This document shows, one piece after another, positions 13,109 to 26,769 of a DNA stretch of 64,000 nucleotides. The notes under the pieces were generated by a model, which worked only from the letters and a program-made list of their open reading frames with translations, did not search any database and had not been told where the DNA came from. Within the stretch, counting starts at the first letter, position 1. Each line of letters opens with the position of its first letter. This DNA comes from Takakia lepidozioides (Eukaryota > Plantae > Bryophyta): positions 59,148,001 through 59,212,000 of the forward strand of contig CM060734.1 of NCBI GenBank assembly GCA_030704615.1, given 5' to 3'. The position numbers and the translations under genes are program-made.

Positions 13109-15530
13109 CAGATTGTACTCATAAGACGTTGTTTGCTGTAGCCTTGTGGCCATTGACCCCGCGTTCAATATGAGCGGAACACAAAGGGACAGAACCTACC
13201 TCTGTTAGGGGCTGACGTCGGTAGTAAGACTTACCTTGATATAGAACATTGATCCGGGTTTTCAAATATCCTCTAGAAATCCCTTCACACAAGCATCAAT
13301 CTGATGTCTGTGGTTTGCCCATTAACTAGGCCCTAGAAGGGCCTGGGCTTTTGGCTTAACCTCGAGACTTTCAAAGGTGGTAAACAAAGGAATAGGCACA
13401 ATTCCCAAGTGGTAGATTTGAGGCGAGCATCTCTTTGATGAGAGAACCCCGGACAGTGAATCAAGAAATGAATATTGTCTTTGGGTTGCCCACACAACGG
13501 GCAATTGCTCTCTCTCTTTCTTCTCTGCTTCTGTTTGATGTTCAAATGTAGATAAATTCCTGCCCTGAGTTAAAATTTCAGTTTGGTGCCGAGAGTGGGT
13601 AGAACCTTGAGGTCATCCATGATGTCCGCCCCCATGTCATAGACTGGAAACAAGTTCAGGGAAGTTTTCTGCCTAACTTCATTTTCATCAGACAGTTTTT
13701 TGGTAACAGACATGGCTTTGGACACTACAGCCTCTAAGTCAGATTTATCCAGCAAGGTCAAGACTTGCGGATCCAAATTCAGATCCTTGAGAATCTCTTC
13801 TACTCTATTCTACCAGGGCTTAGCCTGTTTGACAGGACGATCCTGTTTCCAAGATATAGAGTCGATTAACTTAGGATATCTGGTGTTGGACATGTGTTGC
13901 AACTAACCCCACCATCTGATCTTGAAATCATCTCGTCGGGAGCTTAAGGAAGGGATGCCAAACTCACCCCGAACAACCATTGGCTGTTGGAGCATGCTCA
14001 TGACACTTAAGCACCCCACTTGAATGTAGGATTCTAGAGACTTAGCATGGTTGGAGTTATCAACCCAAATTGAAGATGCGTACTCTAAGGCAGGTCAAGG
14101 AACGCGACAAAACAGAGTTGATCCCTCTGCAATGGAAAAATTTAGTGAGGCCCAGCGCTTTGCCCTTGCCAGTTCGAACAACTTTATGAATATGTGCATC
14201 CCAGTTACAGTTGGAGGAAAACTCAACGCCCAGCTATGTGTAAGGGAGGACTGTAATCTCTTGGCTACCCCACTGCCATTTGATATCACTTCCTCTCTCT
14301 CCTTTGTCGTTGAATGCCACCACTGCACATTTACTGACGTTAGCGTCTAGCCCCCAAAGATCAAAGTATCTCTTCGCGCAATCAATCAATTCCTGGCTCG
14401 GTTGGAAGGAGTCTCCCCTATGCCTGCGAAGTCATCCGCAAACATAAGGACTGGTATGGTGACATCACCCACCCTTAACCCAAATCCCTCACTTTCCACA
14501 TCCACGAGGAGTTGATTGATGAAAACATTGAAGAGGCGCAGATGGGAGACGGTACATCTTTGAGCTACACCCTAGGGTCTATGTCAAAGAAGTTAGACTT
14601 CTGTCCATTTATAACAATGACACAACTTTGGGTGTGAGCAAACAAGTTATGTACAACTCTCCACATCTTTGCCTTGATCCCAGATGACGAGAGGCGGAGC
14701 CATAGACCATTTCTCCACACTGTGACATAAGCCTTTTTGACATCCAAGAAAAAAACATAAGTGGGTTTCCCTTCTTTTTTCTTTCCCTAAATAATCTTGC
14801 TTAGAGTACAGATATGATCCACACAGCCCATGTTTCGCCAAAAGCTAGCTTGGCCTTCGTGGAAACAACCTCTAGATTCCAAATCAACCTCGAGACGAGT
14901 ACTTATAACTCTACAAAATATCTTGCCAACAACATTGAGGAGCGTGATGCCACGGTAGTTCCCCGGTTCTTCTCTCTCACCCTTCTTGTATAGATTGACA
15001 AAGGGGATCATTTTAGTCTTCCAAATAAGGTTAAAGAGGAGAACTATGCCCTCTATCATGGGATCGCCACCGTGCTTGATAAGCTCGTTGACTGTGCCAT
15101 GAGATCCACCAGCTTTAATCCGTTTAAAGGCTTGCTTCCGCAATCTTAGAAGAATGAATGGGAGCGTTGTAAGCCTTTGGAATATACTCCAGTTCATCTT
15201 AGGTGTTTTGAATCATAGAAACAGTTTTTCCAACTGTGTCCTAATTCCATTCTTTAGAGAACCCCACACTGTTAGACCTAGAAGTTCTGCCAAGGATACT
15301 GTAGTGGGTTTTGAAGGTTTTTGACAATGTCAACCGTTGAAGTCACCACTGCATCCTTAGTAGTCTTCAACGCCTGTACTTGCTGACAGTTTTTTGGCTT
15401 GTACAAACATTGAAGGCCCGACCAGAATCTCTTGTCATTACTACCATGGTGATTTGAGTTTATTTCACTGTATAACTTTTCCTAGTATAATTTTTTCTGA
15501 GACCTTACAAGCTGATTGATATCTTTGCGG
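13109..15530 (-). mobile_element. 5'-truncated degenerate LINE (RTEX/RTE-like), second copy of the 19270-22672 family
   Basis: RT motifs PGNYRGITLLNVVGK and DVKKAY, CPLC..H..C; nucleotide similarity to 20255-22672; same 3' end ...TTATGAGTACAATCTG. Confidence 0.9.
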
Positions 15531-16567
15531 TTTTACGACAAATGTAAGGCGTTTTCTAGGGCCCATGGATAAGAGCATCTCCATCGCACCCCAAATGAAT
15601 GCTCCAGCAGTGGTTGGCACGGCCCGCGGCCAACGGCGCTCCCCAACGCAGACCCACCACCGCCATTCGCTTGGCGGGACACGCCATATTTCCCCCCTCT
15701 CCCTAAAAGGTCCAGGGACGAACTTGTCCCTCTATATGCCTCTCTTTGACCTTGACTTCATTATGTTTTTGGATTTTGAAAAGCTGAGGGGTAGAGGAGA
15801 GCAGGGAGATGGAGCTAGGAAAGACACGTGGGATTGGTGGGACCCAAAAAGGGCGGGTAAGTTGGGGTTGGCAAGGCCATGCGCGGTGGGGAGCTGGAGG
15901 TGCTGGCGTTCCTGAAAATATCCGCTCCATACCAGCGTTGGCCCGCTCGTTGGAGTGGATGCATTGGAGATGCTCTAAGAGCGTCCCCACTCTACGCCTC
16001 TATGGACCCCTGCACCCGTACTTCTCGTATACAAGTTCAGATTTCCCTCCAAACGTACCACACCCAAGCCCCGCTACCGTATATGCCGTGAAGGGGGACC
16101 TTGAACCCATTCTCTTTCACTGTATCCGTGCACAATATTCAGTGACCTGAACCCATCCCGCAACTAAGTCGTCCCGACCATGGATATGTCAGAGAGCGTG
16201 CCATAAGCTTACGAGAAGAGCCTATGAGAACCTTGCTAGGAACTCCAGCAAGGTGGGGATATAGGATAGAGGGGCGTAAAGAGGGGCAAGGGTGTGGCTA
16301 CGAGTAGAAGACCCCTTCAGACACCTTTCGAGAGTCCTGAACCTTTTCAAAAACGGACATAGAGGGGCCATTTCAGTGAGAAGGGTGGATTCTCTAAGCG
16401 TCCTAAAACTGCAAAAGGAATTTCCAACCGGTGCTTTACGCTTTAATGTTTTCTTCTTTAGTTGCCAGGTTTTCATCCTTCCGTTCTTTACCTAGGCTGG
16501 TACAGGTTATTGAGAGTTAGAGTTTTGACTCGCACAGGATGGCAGGTTAATTCTTGTCTGAGATCAC

Positions 16568-18974
16568 AATGGCAGCTGGGGTAGTACCTGCTTCAGTCGC
16601 CACCACTTCTGAAGGAGGGCCAATGAAGGGAATCTACAAGACTGTGAATGGAACATATGCGGATGTGAGGACACTGTGTAAGGAGGGAAAGCTGAAAGAG
16701 GCTCTGCAGACTTTTTACCAAGGAGGCATTCCGGCACAGTCCAGTACATATGTGTGTCTCTTGCAGGGATGCATCAACATGAAAGCTCTAGCAGAGGGAA
16801 AGCGGCTGCATGCCCACATTCTCCGAAATGAATTCTTGACGGACATATTTGTAGCAAACACCCTTATTACCATGTATGCCAAGTGTGGGAGCATGAAGGA
16901 TGCGCATCTAGTGTTCGACAAGATGGTTAAACGAGATGTGATCTCATGGAATGCAATAATCGCAGGATATGCTCAGTGTGGGCATGGTGCAGAGGCTCTC
17001 AAAATATATGAACAAATGCAGCAGAAAAGGGTGGCACCCAACAGGGTCACATTCATTTGCATTCTAAATGGGTGTGCCAGCATTGGAGCCCTCCAAATGG
17101 GCAAGCGTGTCCATGCAGAGATCATCAAAGCTGGGATAGCCTCATATCTTAATTTGGAGAATACCCTTGTTGACATGTATGCAAAGTGCAGGAGTATGAT
17201 GGATGCACGTATAGTGTTCAACAAAATGGTTAAACGAGATGTAGTTTCATGGAATGTGATTATTGCAGGATATGCTCAGCATGGATATGGGGAAGAGGCT
17301 CTCAAACTCTATGAGAAAATGCAACAGGAAGGCGTGATACCCAACAGGATCACATTCATTTATGTTCTAAATGCATGTGCTGGCCTTGGAGGCCTGGAAA
17401 TGGGAAAGCGGGTCCATGTTGACATCATGAAATATGGAATAGTTTCATCGATTAATTTGGGGAACACCGCCCTTGCAGGCAAATGCTTGAACAGCCATGA
17501 ATTGAATCGAAACATCTTGCTATTCAACACCCTTTTGAACATGTATGCCAAGTGTGGGAGCATGGTGGATGCACGACAGGTGTTTGAGGACATGCCTGAA
17601 AGAAACATATTCACCTGGACTTTGCTGATGGTAGGATATGCCAAGCATGGGTATGCCCAAGAGGCTTTCAGAATCTACAAGCAAATGCATGAGGTAGGGA
17701 TGACACCAGACAGGGTCACGTACATTTGTGTTCTCAATGCATGTGCCAGCATAGGAGCCTTGGAAAACGTCAGGCAAGTCCATGCTGACATCATCGATGC
17801 TGGAATTGTATCATGTATTAATCTAGAGAATACTCTTGTTGACACATATGCCAAGTGTGGGAGTGCAACAGATGCACGTCAAGTATTTGATAAAATTGTC
17901 GAACGAGATGTGGTCTCATGGAATGTGATGATTGCAGGGTATGCTCAGGGTGGGCATGGTGACGAGGCTCTCAAGATCTATGACCAATTGAAACTAGCAG
18001 TGGGGATGCCCGACAGGGTCACTTTCATTTCTGTTCTAAATGCATGTGCTAGTATAGGAGCCCTCGAGAAGGTCAAGCAGGTCCATAGGGACATCCTGAA
18101 AGCTGGAATTGCACCATATATTAATCTGGAGAATACCCTTATTGACTCTTATGCTAAATGTGGGAGCCCGGAAGATGCACGAAAAGTGTTCTACAACATG
18201 GCCCAACGCGATGCAGTCTCATGGAGTGCAATGATTGCAGGATATACCCTGGGTGGCCATGGTGATGAGGCTCTCAAAATCTATGAGCAAATGCAACTGG
18301 AAAGGGTGACACCCGACAGGGTCACATTCATTTGTGTTCTTAATGCATGTGCGAGCCTAGGAGCCCTGGAAAAGGGCAAGCGGGTCCATGCTGACATCAC
18401 CAAAGCTGGAATTGCACCATACATTAATTTGGAGAATGCCCTTGTTGACATGTATGCCAAATGTGGGAGTGTAATGGATGCTCGTCAAGCGTTTGACAAA
18501 ATGTCTGAACGAGATGTGGTTTCATGGAATGCGATGATTGTAGGGTATGCTCAGCATGGGTGTGGTAGGGAGGCCCTCCAAGTATTAAAACAAATGCAAC
18601 AGGAAGGCTTGAATCCAAATGGTGTGACCTTCACTGCTGTTCTCTCTGCATGCAGCCATGTGGGCCTAGTTGATGAAGGCCGTCGCTACTTCGACTCCAT
18701 GAGTCAAGATCATGGCCTTACCCCTACAGTTGAGCATTTCGGTTGCATGGTGGACCTTCTTGGCCGTGCAGGGCTAATGGATGAGGCTGAAGACTTGCTT
18801 ACCAAAATGCCAATCAAACCGGATGCTTCAGTATGGGGGGCCTTGCTTGGTGCCTGCAGAGTTCATGGCAATGTGAAGGTAGCAGAACGTGCTGCAAAAT
18901 GCATTCTCAAGTGGGATCCAGAGAATGCTGCTGCAATTGAATATCTATTCTCAAGCTCGCAGGTGGTATGTTAA
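16568..18974 (+). CDS. PLS-class pentatricopeptide-repeat protein (organellar RNA-editing factor type), E domain truncated
   Basis: Uninterrupted ORF of about 800 aa of P-L-S triplets (NTLVDMYAKCGS / DVVSWN.IIAGYAQ / PDRVTFICVLNACA), then P2-L2-S2 and the start of E (WGALLGACRVHGNV). First ATG at 16568. Confidence 0.9.
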
Positions 18975-19260
18975 AGCAAAGCTGAAAAATGACTAGGGAT
19001 GGAGGTGTGTGGAAGGGAGCCAGGGTGCCGCTGCGTTGAGGTGAACAACCGGTTGCATGCGCACGGTGTAGAAAAACTACACCCACGTTGAGTAAATCCA
19101 TAACTAACTGAAGAGATTGTCTGGACAGCTAATCACAGTCTTCGCACGTGAAGGTGGAGGAGCATTTTAAGTCTCTTTGCCACGACCATGCAAACCTGGC
19201 CATTGCTTCTAGGCTCATTGGTACACCCAGTGATGCTTAGCAAGAACCACGAGACCTCCA
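18935..19260 (+). pseudogene. Eroded E/E+/DYW tail of the preceding PPR gene
   Basis: Shifted frames give LNIYSQARRW, EPGCRCVEVNNRLH (PG box) and LCHDHANLAIASRLIGTP (cf. LCHHSEKLAIGFGLISTAP of the 62699 gene). Confidence 0.75.
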
Positions 19261-19269
19261 CAGCCACTC

Positions 19270-22200
19270 GAGTACCCGTCCAGGATTCCAACAGTGTTTG
19301 AGGGAACAATTCAAGTAATGTACAGGGTCATCTCAAACACTGGCAGTGAAGTCACGAATGTAACAATCAAGTTAGGGAAGGAGTTGGTGAAGGAGGTTTT
19401 GCATCCTCATTACGAAGTGGTGGTGTACTGGGAGGGACTTTGACAGTCCATTTGAATTTGCTACAACCCAGATCCTCTGGGAGGTGGTCTGGGCTGCCTG
19501 GAGTGGGCCTTTTCCAGCCCAGAAGTCGGACCCAAGAGAGAGACAGCCACTTTCCTGATTGTTTCAAGCTGGCCAAACTGAATAGACAAACAATGTGACT
19601 GACAAATGCCCTTGCCGAGGTGGGCACAAGCTACGAGATCTTAGAGAGATCCATTTCCGAGCGTAGAAAGGTGACTTGAGGACGCCATATGTATTCATGA
19701 TAAAGAAAACTCCTAAGATCACAAATTTGTTGCCTGGAATCCATCTCTGTTGCTCATGGTCGATCAACACATTGGCACACTGGGGGAACCAAATTTTGTC
19801 CATTATGATATAGTCCACAATGGAACTGTATTGGTACCTCTGACCACTTCCTGGTTTGGACTGAGATCAAAAGGTGTTTTCCCACCACCAAGAGATCTGT
19901 GAAACGTTTGATTCGGAAGTGGCGCATAGAAAAATTCCACAATGAGGAGGTCAAGGCTGAGTACGTCCAGGCCTTGCAAGAGGCTCTCCCTCATTTTGTC
20001 CAATCGCTCCAAGAACTTCAGTCACGCTCTGTTAACGCAAGAAATGAAGTCGAAAGAGCAGTGGACTCTTGGGAGAGTTTCGTTTCCTCCGTGGCTGACA
20101 AGATCATTGGGAGGAAACTAATTGTCTGCGGTAGAGCAGTTAATTGGTGGACTAATGAGATTAAACTCAAGATAGCTGAGAGACGAGCCCTCTATAAAGA
20201 GTGCTGCAATTTGGAAACCAACAGAGAATTGTGGGCGAGGTACTACCAGCTCCGTAAAGATATCAATCAGCTTGTTAGGTCTCAGAAGAAATTATACTGG
20301 GACAAGTTATACAGTGAAATAAACTCAAACCACCATGGTGGTAATGACAAGAAATTCTGGTTGGCCCTTCAACGTTTGTACAAACCGAAAAACGGTCAGC
20401 AAGTACAAGCGCTGAAGACTACTAAAGGTGCAGTGGTGACTTCATCGGTTGACATTGTCAAAACCTTTGAAACTCACTACAGTATCCTTGGCAGAACTTC
20501 TAGGTCTAACAGTGAGGGGTCTTCTGCTGAATGGAGGGACACAGTTGGAAAAACTGTTCCTATGATTCAAAACAGCCCTGATGAACTGGAGTATATTTCA
20601 ATGGCTTATAATTCTCCCATTAGTTCTTCTGAGATTGTGGAAGCAATTGAACATTTAAATGGATATAAAGCTGGTGGACCTGATGGTATTGTCAACGAGC
20701 TTATCAAGCACGGTGGCGATCCCATGATAGAGGCCCTAGTTCTCCTCTTTAACCTTATCTGGAAGACTGAAATGATCCCCTTTCGCTGGCGACAGGGGGT
20801 CATTGTCAATCTATACAAGAAGGGTGACAGAGAAGAACCGGGGAACTACCGTGGCATCACGCTCCTCAATGCTGTTGGCAAGACATTCTGCAGAGTTATA
20901 AGTACTCGTCTCGAGGTTGATCTGGAGTCTAGAGGTTGTTTCCACGAAGGCGAAGCTGGCTTTCGGCGAAACAGGGGCTGTGTGGATCATATCTTCACTC
21001 TAAGCCAGATTATCCAGGGAAGGAAAAAAGAAGGGAAACCCACTTATGTCTTTTTCCTGGATGTCAAAAAGGCTTATGACACAGTGTGGAGAGATGGCCT
21101 ATGGTTCCGCCTCTGGTCTTGTGGGATCAAGGGAAAGATGTGGAGAGTTGTCCACAACTTGTATGCTCACACCAAAGCTGTGTCACTGTTAACGGACAGA
21201 AGTCCAACTTCTTTGACATAGACCAAGGTGTAGCTCAAGGATGTACTCTCTCCCCTCTGCTCTTCAATGTTTTCATCAATCAACTCCTCGAGGATGTGGA
21301 AAGTGAGGGATTTGGGTTAAGGGTGGGTGATACCACCATACCAGCCCTTATGTTTGCGGATGACTTCGCAGGCATAGGGGAGACTCCAACCAATCTCCAG
21401 GAGTTGATTGATTGCGCGAAGAGATACTTTGATCTTTGGGGGCTAGAGGCTAATGTCAGCAAATGTGCAGTGGTAGCATTCAACGACAGAGGAGAGGGAG
21501 GAAGTGATCTTAAGTGGCAGTGGGGTAGCCAAGAGATCCCGGTCCTCCCTTCCTACACTTACCTGGGCGTTGAGTTCTCCTCCAATTGTAATTGGGATGC
21601 ACATATCCGGAAAGTTGTTCAAACTGGCAAGGGCAAAGCTCTGGGGCTCACTAAATTTTTCCACTGCAGAGGGGTCAACTCTGAGGTTAAGAAAACCATG
21701 CTTTGTCGCGTTATTAGACCTGCCTTGGAGTACGGATCTGCTATATGGGTTGATAACTCCAACCAGGCTAAGTCTCTAGAATCCATTCAAGTGGGGGTGC
21801 TTAAGGAGTGTATGTCAGCATGCTCCAAAACAGCCAATGTGGCTGTTCGGGGTGAGTTTGGCATTCCGTCCTTAAGCTCCCGACGAGATGAATTCAAGGT
21901 CAGATGGTGGGGTCAGCTGCAACATATGCCCAACACCAGATATCCTAAGTTAATCGACCGCCCTGTCAAACAGGCTAAGTCCTGGCAGAAGAGAGTAGAA
22001 GAGATCCTCAAGGACCTGGACCTGGATCCGCAAGTCTTGACCCTGCTGGATAGGCTGTAGTGTCCTCAGCCATGTCTGTTGCCATGAGATTGTCTGATGA
22101 AAATGAAGTTAGGCAGAAAACTTCCCTGAACTTGTTTCCAGTCTGTGACGTGGGGGAGGACAGCTTGGATGACCTCAAGGGTCTACCCACACTCGGCACT

Positions 22201-22672
22201 AGACTGAAATTTAAACTCAGGGCAGGAAGCCTACCTTTGAACAGCAAACAGAAGCAGAGAGGAAAGGGAGAGTGCAATTGCCCGTTGTGTGGGCAATCTG
22301 AAGACAGTATTCATTTTCTGATACACTGTCCGGGGTTCTCTCACCAAAGAGACGCTCTCTTCAAATCTATTAAGGGAATTGTGCCTGTACCCCTGTTTAC
22401 CAACTTTGAAAGTCTCGAGGCTGAGCCAAATGCCCAGGCCCTCCTGAGGCCTAGTTTTTGGGCAAATCACACACAGCAGATTGATGCTTGTGTGAAGGGA
22501 TTTCTAGAGGATATCTGGAAAACCCGGATTAATTCTTTATATGGAGGTAAGTCTTACTACCAACGTCAGCCCCTGACAGAGGTAGGTTCTGTCCCTTTTG
22601 TTCCCGCTCAAACTGGGCGTGGGGTCAATGGCCACAAGGCTACGGCAAACAACGTCTTATGAGTACAATCTG
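19270..22672 (+). mobile_element. LINE (APE-RT-CCHC; RTEX/RTE-like), near full ORF2 with frameshifts
   Basis: APE motif GTSDHFLVW (about 19830); RT motifs NYRGITLL, LDVKKAYD, QGCTLSPLLF, FADD, YLGV; C-terminal CPLC..H...C. No poly(A); ends TACAATCTG. 5' boundary approximate. Confidence 0.9.
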
Positions 22673-22949
22673 TTGCTCATGGTGTTAAGCAACACTGGTT
22701 TTTGCAACTCTGTTCTTCTCCCAGAGCTCTCTATAAAGTATCAACATGTTTGGTCTTATGATGGGTAACTATTCTCCTGTGTACCCTGCTCTCATGCAAA
22801 GTCTGTTTCAATACCATTGGTTGTGGACATATAATGTGACACAGTTCTGTTCTTTTCTTCTGTTTTGCGGGAGTATGGTTTTGGAGAAAATGTAATCTCG
22901 CCACTTCTCAAGTTGTTTTCTGCTAATAAAACTGTCATCTTCTTTGCAG

Positions 22950-24735
22950 ACACAACGAAGGCAGCAAGGGGAGAGGCTCAGGTGGTAATGCAGCCACTTT
23001 TGAAGAGGCTTCAGCTGCTCTGTCTGCTTTGGAAGAGAAGATCCTCGGTGGATATAATTTTGCCAAGGTCATTCTCACACTTCCTTGGATATACTCAAGC
23101 ATGAAAATGTCGATTTTGAGGGGACTTGTTCAGTTGGTTTTGCCATGATGGAAGAAAGTAGCAAGTCTACTTGTCCAGGTGCATTTGTGCTGAAATACCT
23201 GCATCAAATGTATGTGCATGCAGCTTTTGGCTCAGTTGCTCAGATTTAGCCTGTTCCAATCTTTTTATTGTAGTTCTCATGATGGGGTATTACATGCAGG
23301 CCACAGCTGTGGGAACAGCGGCAGCAGCATACCTGCTGGATGATGGAATCCGCCTGTCAAGGTCATGTAGTTGGATGATTCCTCCCTACTATTTTCCTTT
23401 CTGCATTTCTTAGTTCCTCTGCTGTCGTTGTCCTCTTATATCAAGGCATGGTGTCTCTTGAACAGGCATTATACCTTCAAACATCTCTTGTTATATACTG
23501 AATGGCAACATCAATCTCGATCATTGTTTTGAGGAACTGAAGGTCCTATGTTGATTCCAGGGTATCCGAGATGAGGTGGTGGAGTTGCTGCATCCCCTTG
23601 TGTCCCTGCATGCGGAGGTTTGTTCTCTGTCCATAGTCATGAAAGTCCCTCTATTCAAAATGGGAGTGCAGCAGTTTGGGAGAGTGCGTAAGGGGAATCA
23701 AGTCCATCCACCCTGGGCCCATAGTATGTTTTGTCTTTTGTAGTTCCGAAGATCAAATTTTGAAAAAGACCAAGTTGTATGTTATCCTAGTTGTACTTGG
23801 CTCATTGTCTTGCTTGTTCTGCATTACAACTTCTATTTTGTGCTTCGACAGTGGTACCTGTAAGTTTGGGAAGAAAACCAAGGCTGTGCAGGGCCACCGA
23901 TTAAGTAGGTTTCCCTGGTGATTGGATGTCAGTATAGTTTTTTCAATGCGTCTGCTCCGTTGATGCAACTCATGTAATTTTTCTGCTCTTCTTATCAACT
24001 AGAGGGGTATTCTTGCTGAAAACAGTGGGCTCACTCTGCTTCTACTATGGAAGCACTCCTGTAGATTTTTTTCACCAAGTTCCATGCAAAATGTGCACAA
24101 AAGGATTTGAGCATGGTTTGTTGGTTGGGCAGGTTTATGTAGGAGCAAAGCCCTTTGTTGAGAATGTGATCAATCATATTGTCGAGGGGCTAATGGATGC
24201 GCTACTGAAATGCTTTTACTGAAAATAAGACCAAGGTTCTCAAAGTTTTGGATGCCAATGGCTATTGTCAACTAATGCTTGAGGTGGGTTGTCCCTGTGC
24301 ACTAGTTTTGCATAGTGGGAATTCAGAACCCAGACATGAGAGGTTGCACCGTCCTAGACATCAACTGACCAACAAATGTTGGTCTGTATTGTGAGCGTAA
24401 CTGTATGTACAATTATATCCCTTTGATCTGTGAATCTAGTATTCTTCTGTTGTACTTAGTTAGAATGTTGAATGGGTGGTTTTTCTTGACTTGACTCCCA
24501 CCTATGGGTTTCTGCTTTCAGGACTTCAAGAGGAACAGTTCCCTTGGTAGTTAAACCCACCTTATCAACAGACGGGTCAGGCTGCGCTTTGGCTTATTGA
24601 AATGTTTTTTTTCTGTTCACAGGTAGAGTACATAGAGGCTGTTCTTCAAGGTTGTTTAACTGGGCCAGCTCACGAAGCAGCAGGACAGCTGCGGGACTTG
24701 CTTTCGGAGAAACTGCTGGAGTTTGTTGGTGATAA
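22950..24735 (+). pseudogene. SEC5: Exocyst subunit SEC5/EXOC2 C-terminal fragment (5 exons), frameshifted and cut by an L1
   Basis: GT-AG exons 22950-23067, 23300-23361, 23561-23617, 24133-24283 and 24623-about 24735 encode AAAAYLLDDGI / GIRDEVVELLHPLVSLHAE / VYVGAKPFVENVINHIVEGLMD..LDANGYCQLMLE / VEYIEAVL, matching plant SEC5 as recalled. Exons 2 and 4 carry frameshifting indels. Confidence 0.8.
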
Positions 24736-24739
24736 AAGC

Positions 24740-25380
24740 GAAGCTCCACTCTACTTTATCAAATGCTTTCTCGAAGTCCAAGAGCAAGAGAGCTATAGCT
24801 TGATTGGTTTTGAGAGCATAGTGAGGTAGCTCTTGAGCAAGCAAGAGATTGTCCAGAATATATTTGCCCTTAATGAAGCCAGTTTGGTTTGGGCGGATAA
24901 GAGAGGGAAGAAGAGGTTGCAGTCTGAGTGTCAGGGCCTTTGCTATGATTTTGTAGGCAACATTCAGCAGTGTTATTGGCCTATAGTTGGAGATATTTGT
25001 TCTATCTCCGTTTTTGTAAAGAAGTGTAATGACCCCCTGAGACATCGAGATGGGGCATTGCACCAATGAGGAAAAGATTGTTGGCCATTTCCGAAAAATC
25101 ATCACCAATGTCTTGCCATAGGGCCTTGTAAAACTCAACCGGAATCCCATCCATTCCAGGGGATTTGTGGTTCTGGAGTTTATCCAGAGCATCTCCTAGC
25201 TCCAGGGTTGAGAATTCTCCTTCCAAAACAGCAGCTGTCTGAGGTGATATGATCCTTGGGGTGTTCTGGAGGCATTCAATCTGGATAGGGGATGGGGAGA
25301 GGTCGACCGACTCAGTCTGGAACAGCCGGCTAAAGTGAGCTGCAGACAAAGCTGCCATACCTCTGGGGGTGGTGGCTAAA
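24740..25380 (-). mobile_element. L1/Tx1-type LINE RT fragment (domains 0-3)
   Basis: KSPGMDGIPVEFYK, NYRPITLLNVAYKIIAK, NQTGFIKG, LDFEKAFDKVEW. Confidence 0.9.
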
Positions 25381-26769
25381 TTTTCAATGTGATTGTGTTT
25401 TGATTACTACACGTTTCTGAATTACTAAGGAAAAAACGTCTTTTTTCAGTTTTAGAATATGAAGACGACATTGACGTCCACAACAATTGGACTGACCAAA
25501 GCTTGCACACTGATGAAGACATTTCCCGTCAAGCACTGACTCATTTGCAAGAAACTACAATATCTATTACGGAAGAATGCATAGGAGGCGACTTTAGACT
25601 TCGTGAGCATACTTTGTCTATGCTCAAGTCTGTACATGGTAATGTAAGGTCATTGCGGGCACTTGCTGTAGAAGATATATTGCACCCTGCACAAACATCT
25701 CAGAAAGTGAACGATGTACTTGGTGACTCTTCGGTTCGTATGAAATATTTTCTTGAGCGTAGTAGGAAGTGCAAGTGCAATAAAGTTGCAAACAGTACTA
25801 TTAATGTGAATCATATAAGAGAAAATTCCAGGGCCTTTTTCTGGCCATCAAGTCCTCTTGCAGAAGGGCCCCTGAAGTTTAGTTTTTATGATTCCACGGA
25901 CAAGGCTACATACTGAATCTACATGTCAAAACGGGCCAGGTGGAGAGCTCCAATACCTACCAAGAATCCTGGAACAACCAACAAATTCAGCCTGTGCGCC
26001 AATTTATGTACCGATGCCTCTCTTATTGAAGGGCCAACAAAAGATACTGTGGCCAATGTGGATTCCTGCCTATCTTACATGTACAAGTCGCTCAGAGCAC
26101 ATTTGTGAACAATGATGCGGTAGACAAGGAGCAGAGAGAGATATAGGGCACATCCTTACCTTACAGATCAATTCATGAACACTCGGAGTCTGCAACAATG
26201 AGAAAGAGGAAGGGGGCTAGAGGGCAGCCTTGGCGCACTGACCTCTGAAGGGGAAATGATTTGGATAGGTGACCATTCACTATTACCCTGCTTGAGGAGG
26301 TGACCAGTAGAATTTTAACCCATTGGCAAAAGGATTGAGGGAAGCCGATTCTGTTGAGGGCTGCCGCCAGTTCCAGAGATCAGTCCTGAAATGCTTGGGA
26401 GGCGCGGTGGTGTCCTCCAACATAGAAATCGGTCTTCAGGCCATCTGGCAGGAATGGCAGTCTTAAACTATACCAGGCACCGTCGCAAAAATTCGGGCTC
26501 AAGTCTGACTGATTCAGACTCGGGGAAGCCTGGTAGTGGGCTTCCCCCACTCTCACCCTATGACAGTTATGCAAGCTCTGAGATAGGAAGCGCCACTGGC
26601 AGCGGTGATTTCCGTACTCGGGGAGTTACCAGCACTGCAGATCGCTTTTACGCGGCCAATCTGACCTACGGTGAAGCACACGGAGGTCTACTTCACAGAT
26701 CTTTCATAATGATGGATGAGACGATAAATGGAATAATGAAACTTATGATGTATTATCAGGAGGTTGGTG

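Noticed and set aside
25455-25800. Possible transposase C-terminal fragment
   Set aside because: Coding-like but no diagnostic motif recognisable by eye.
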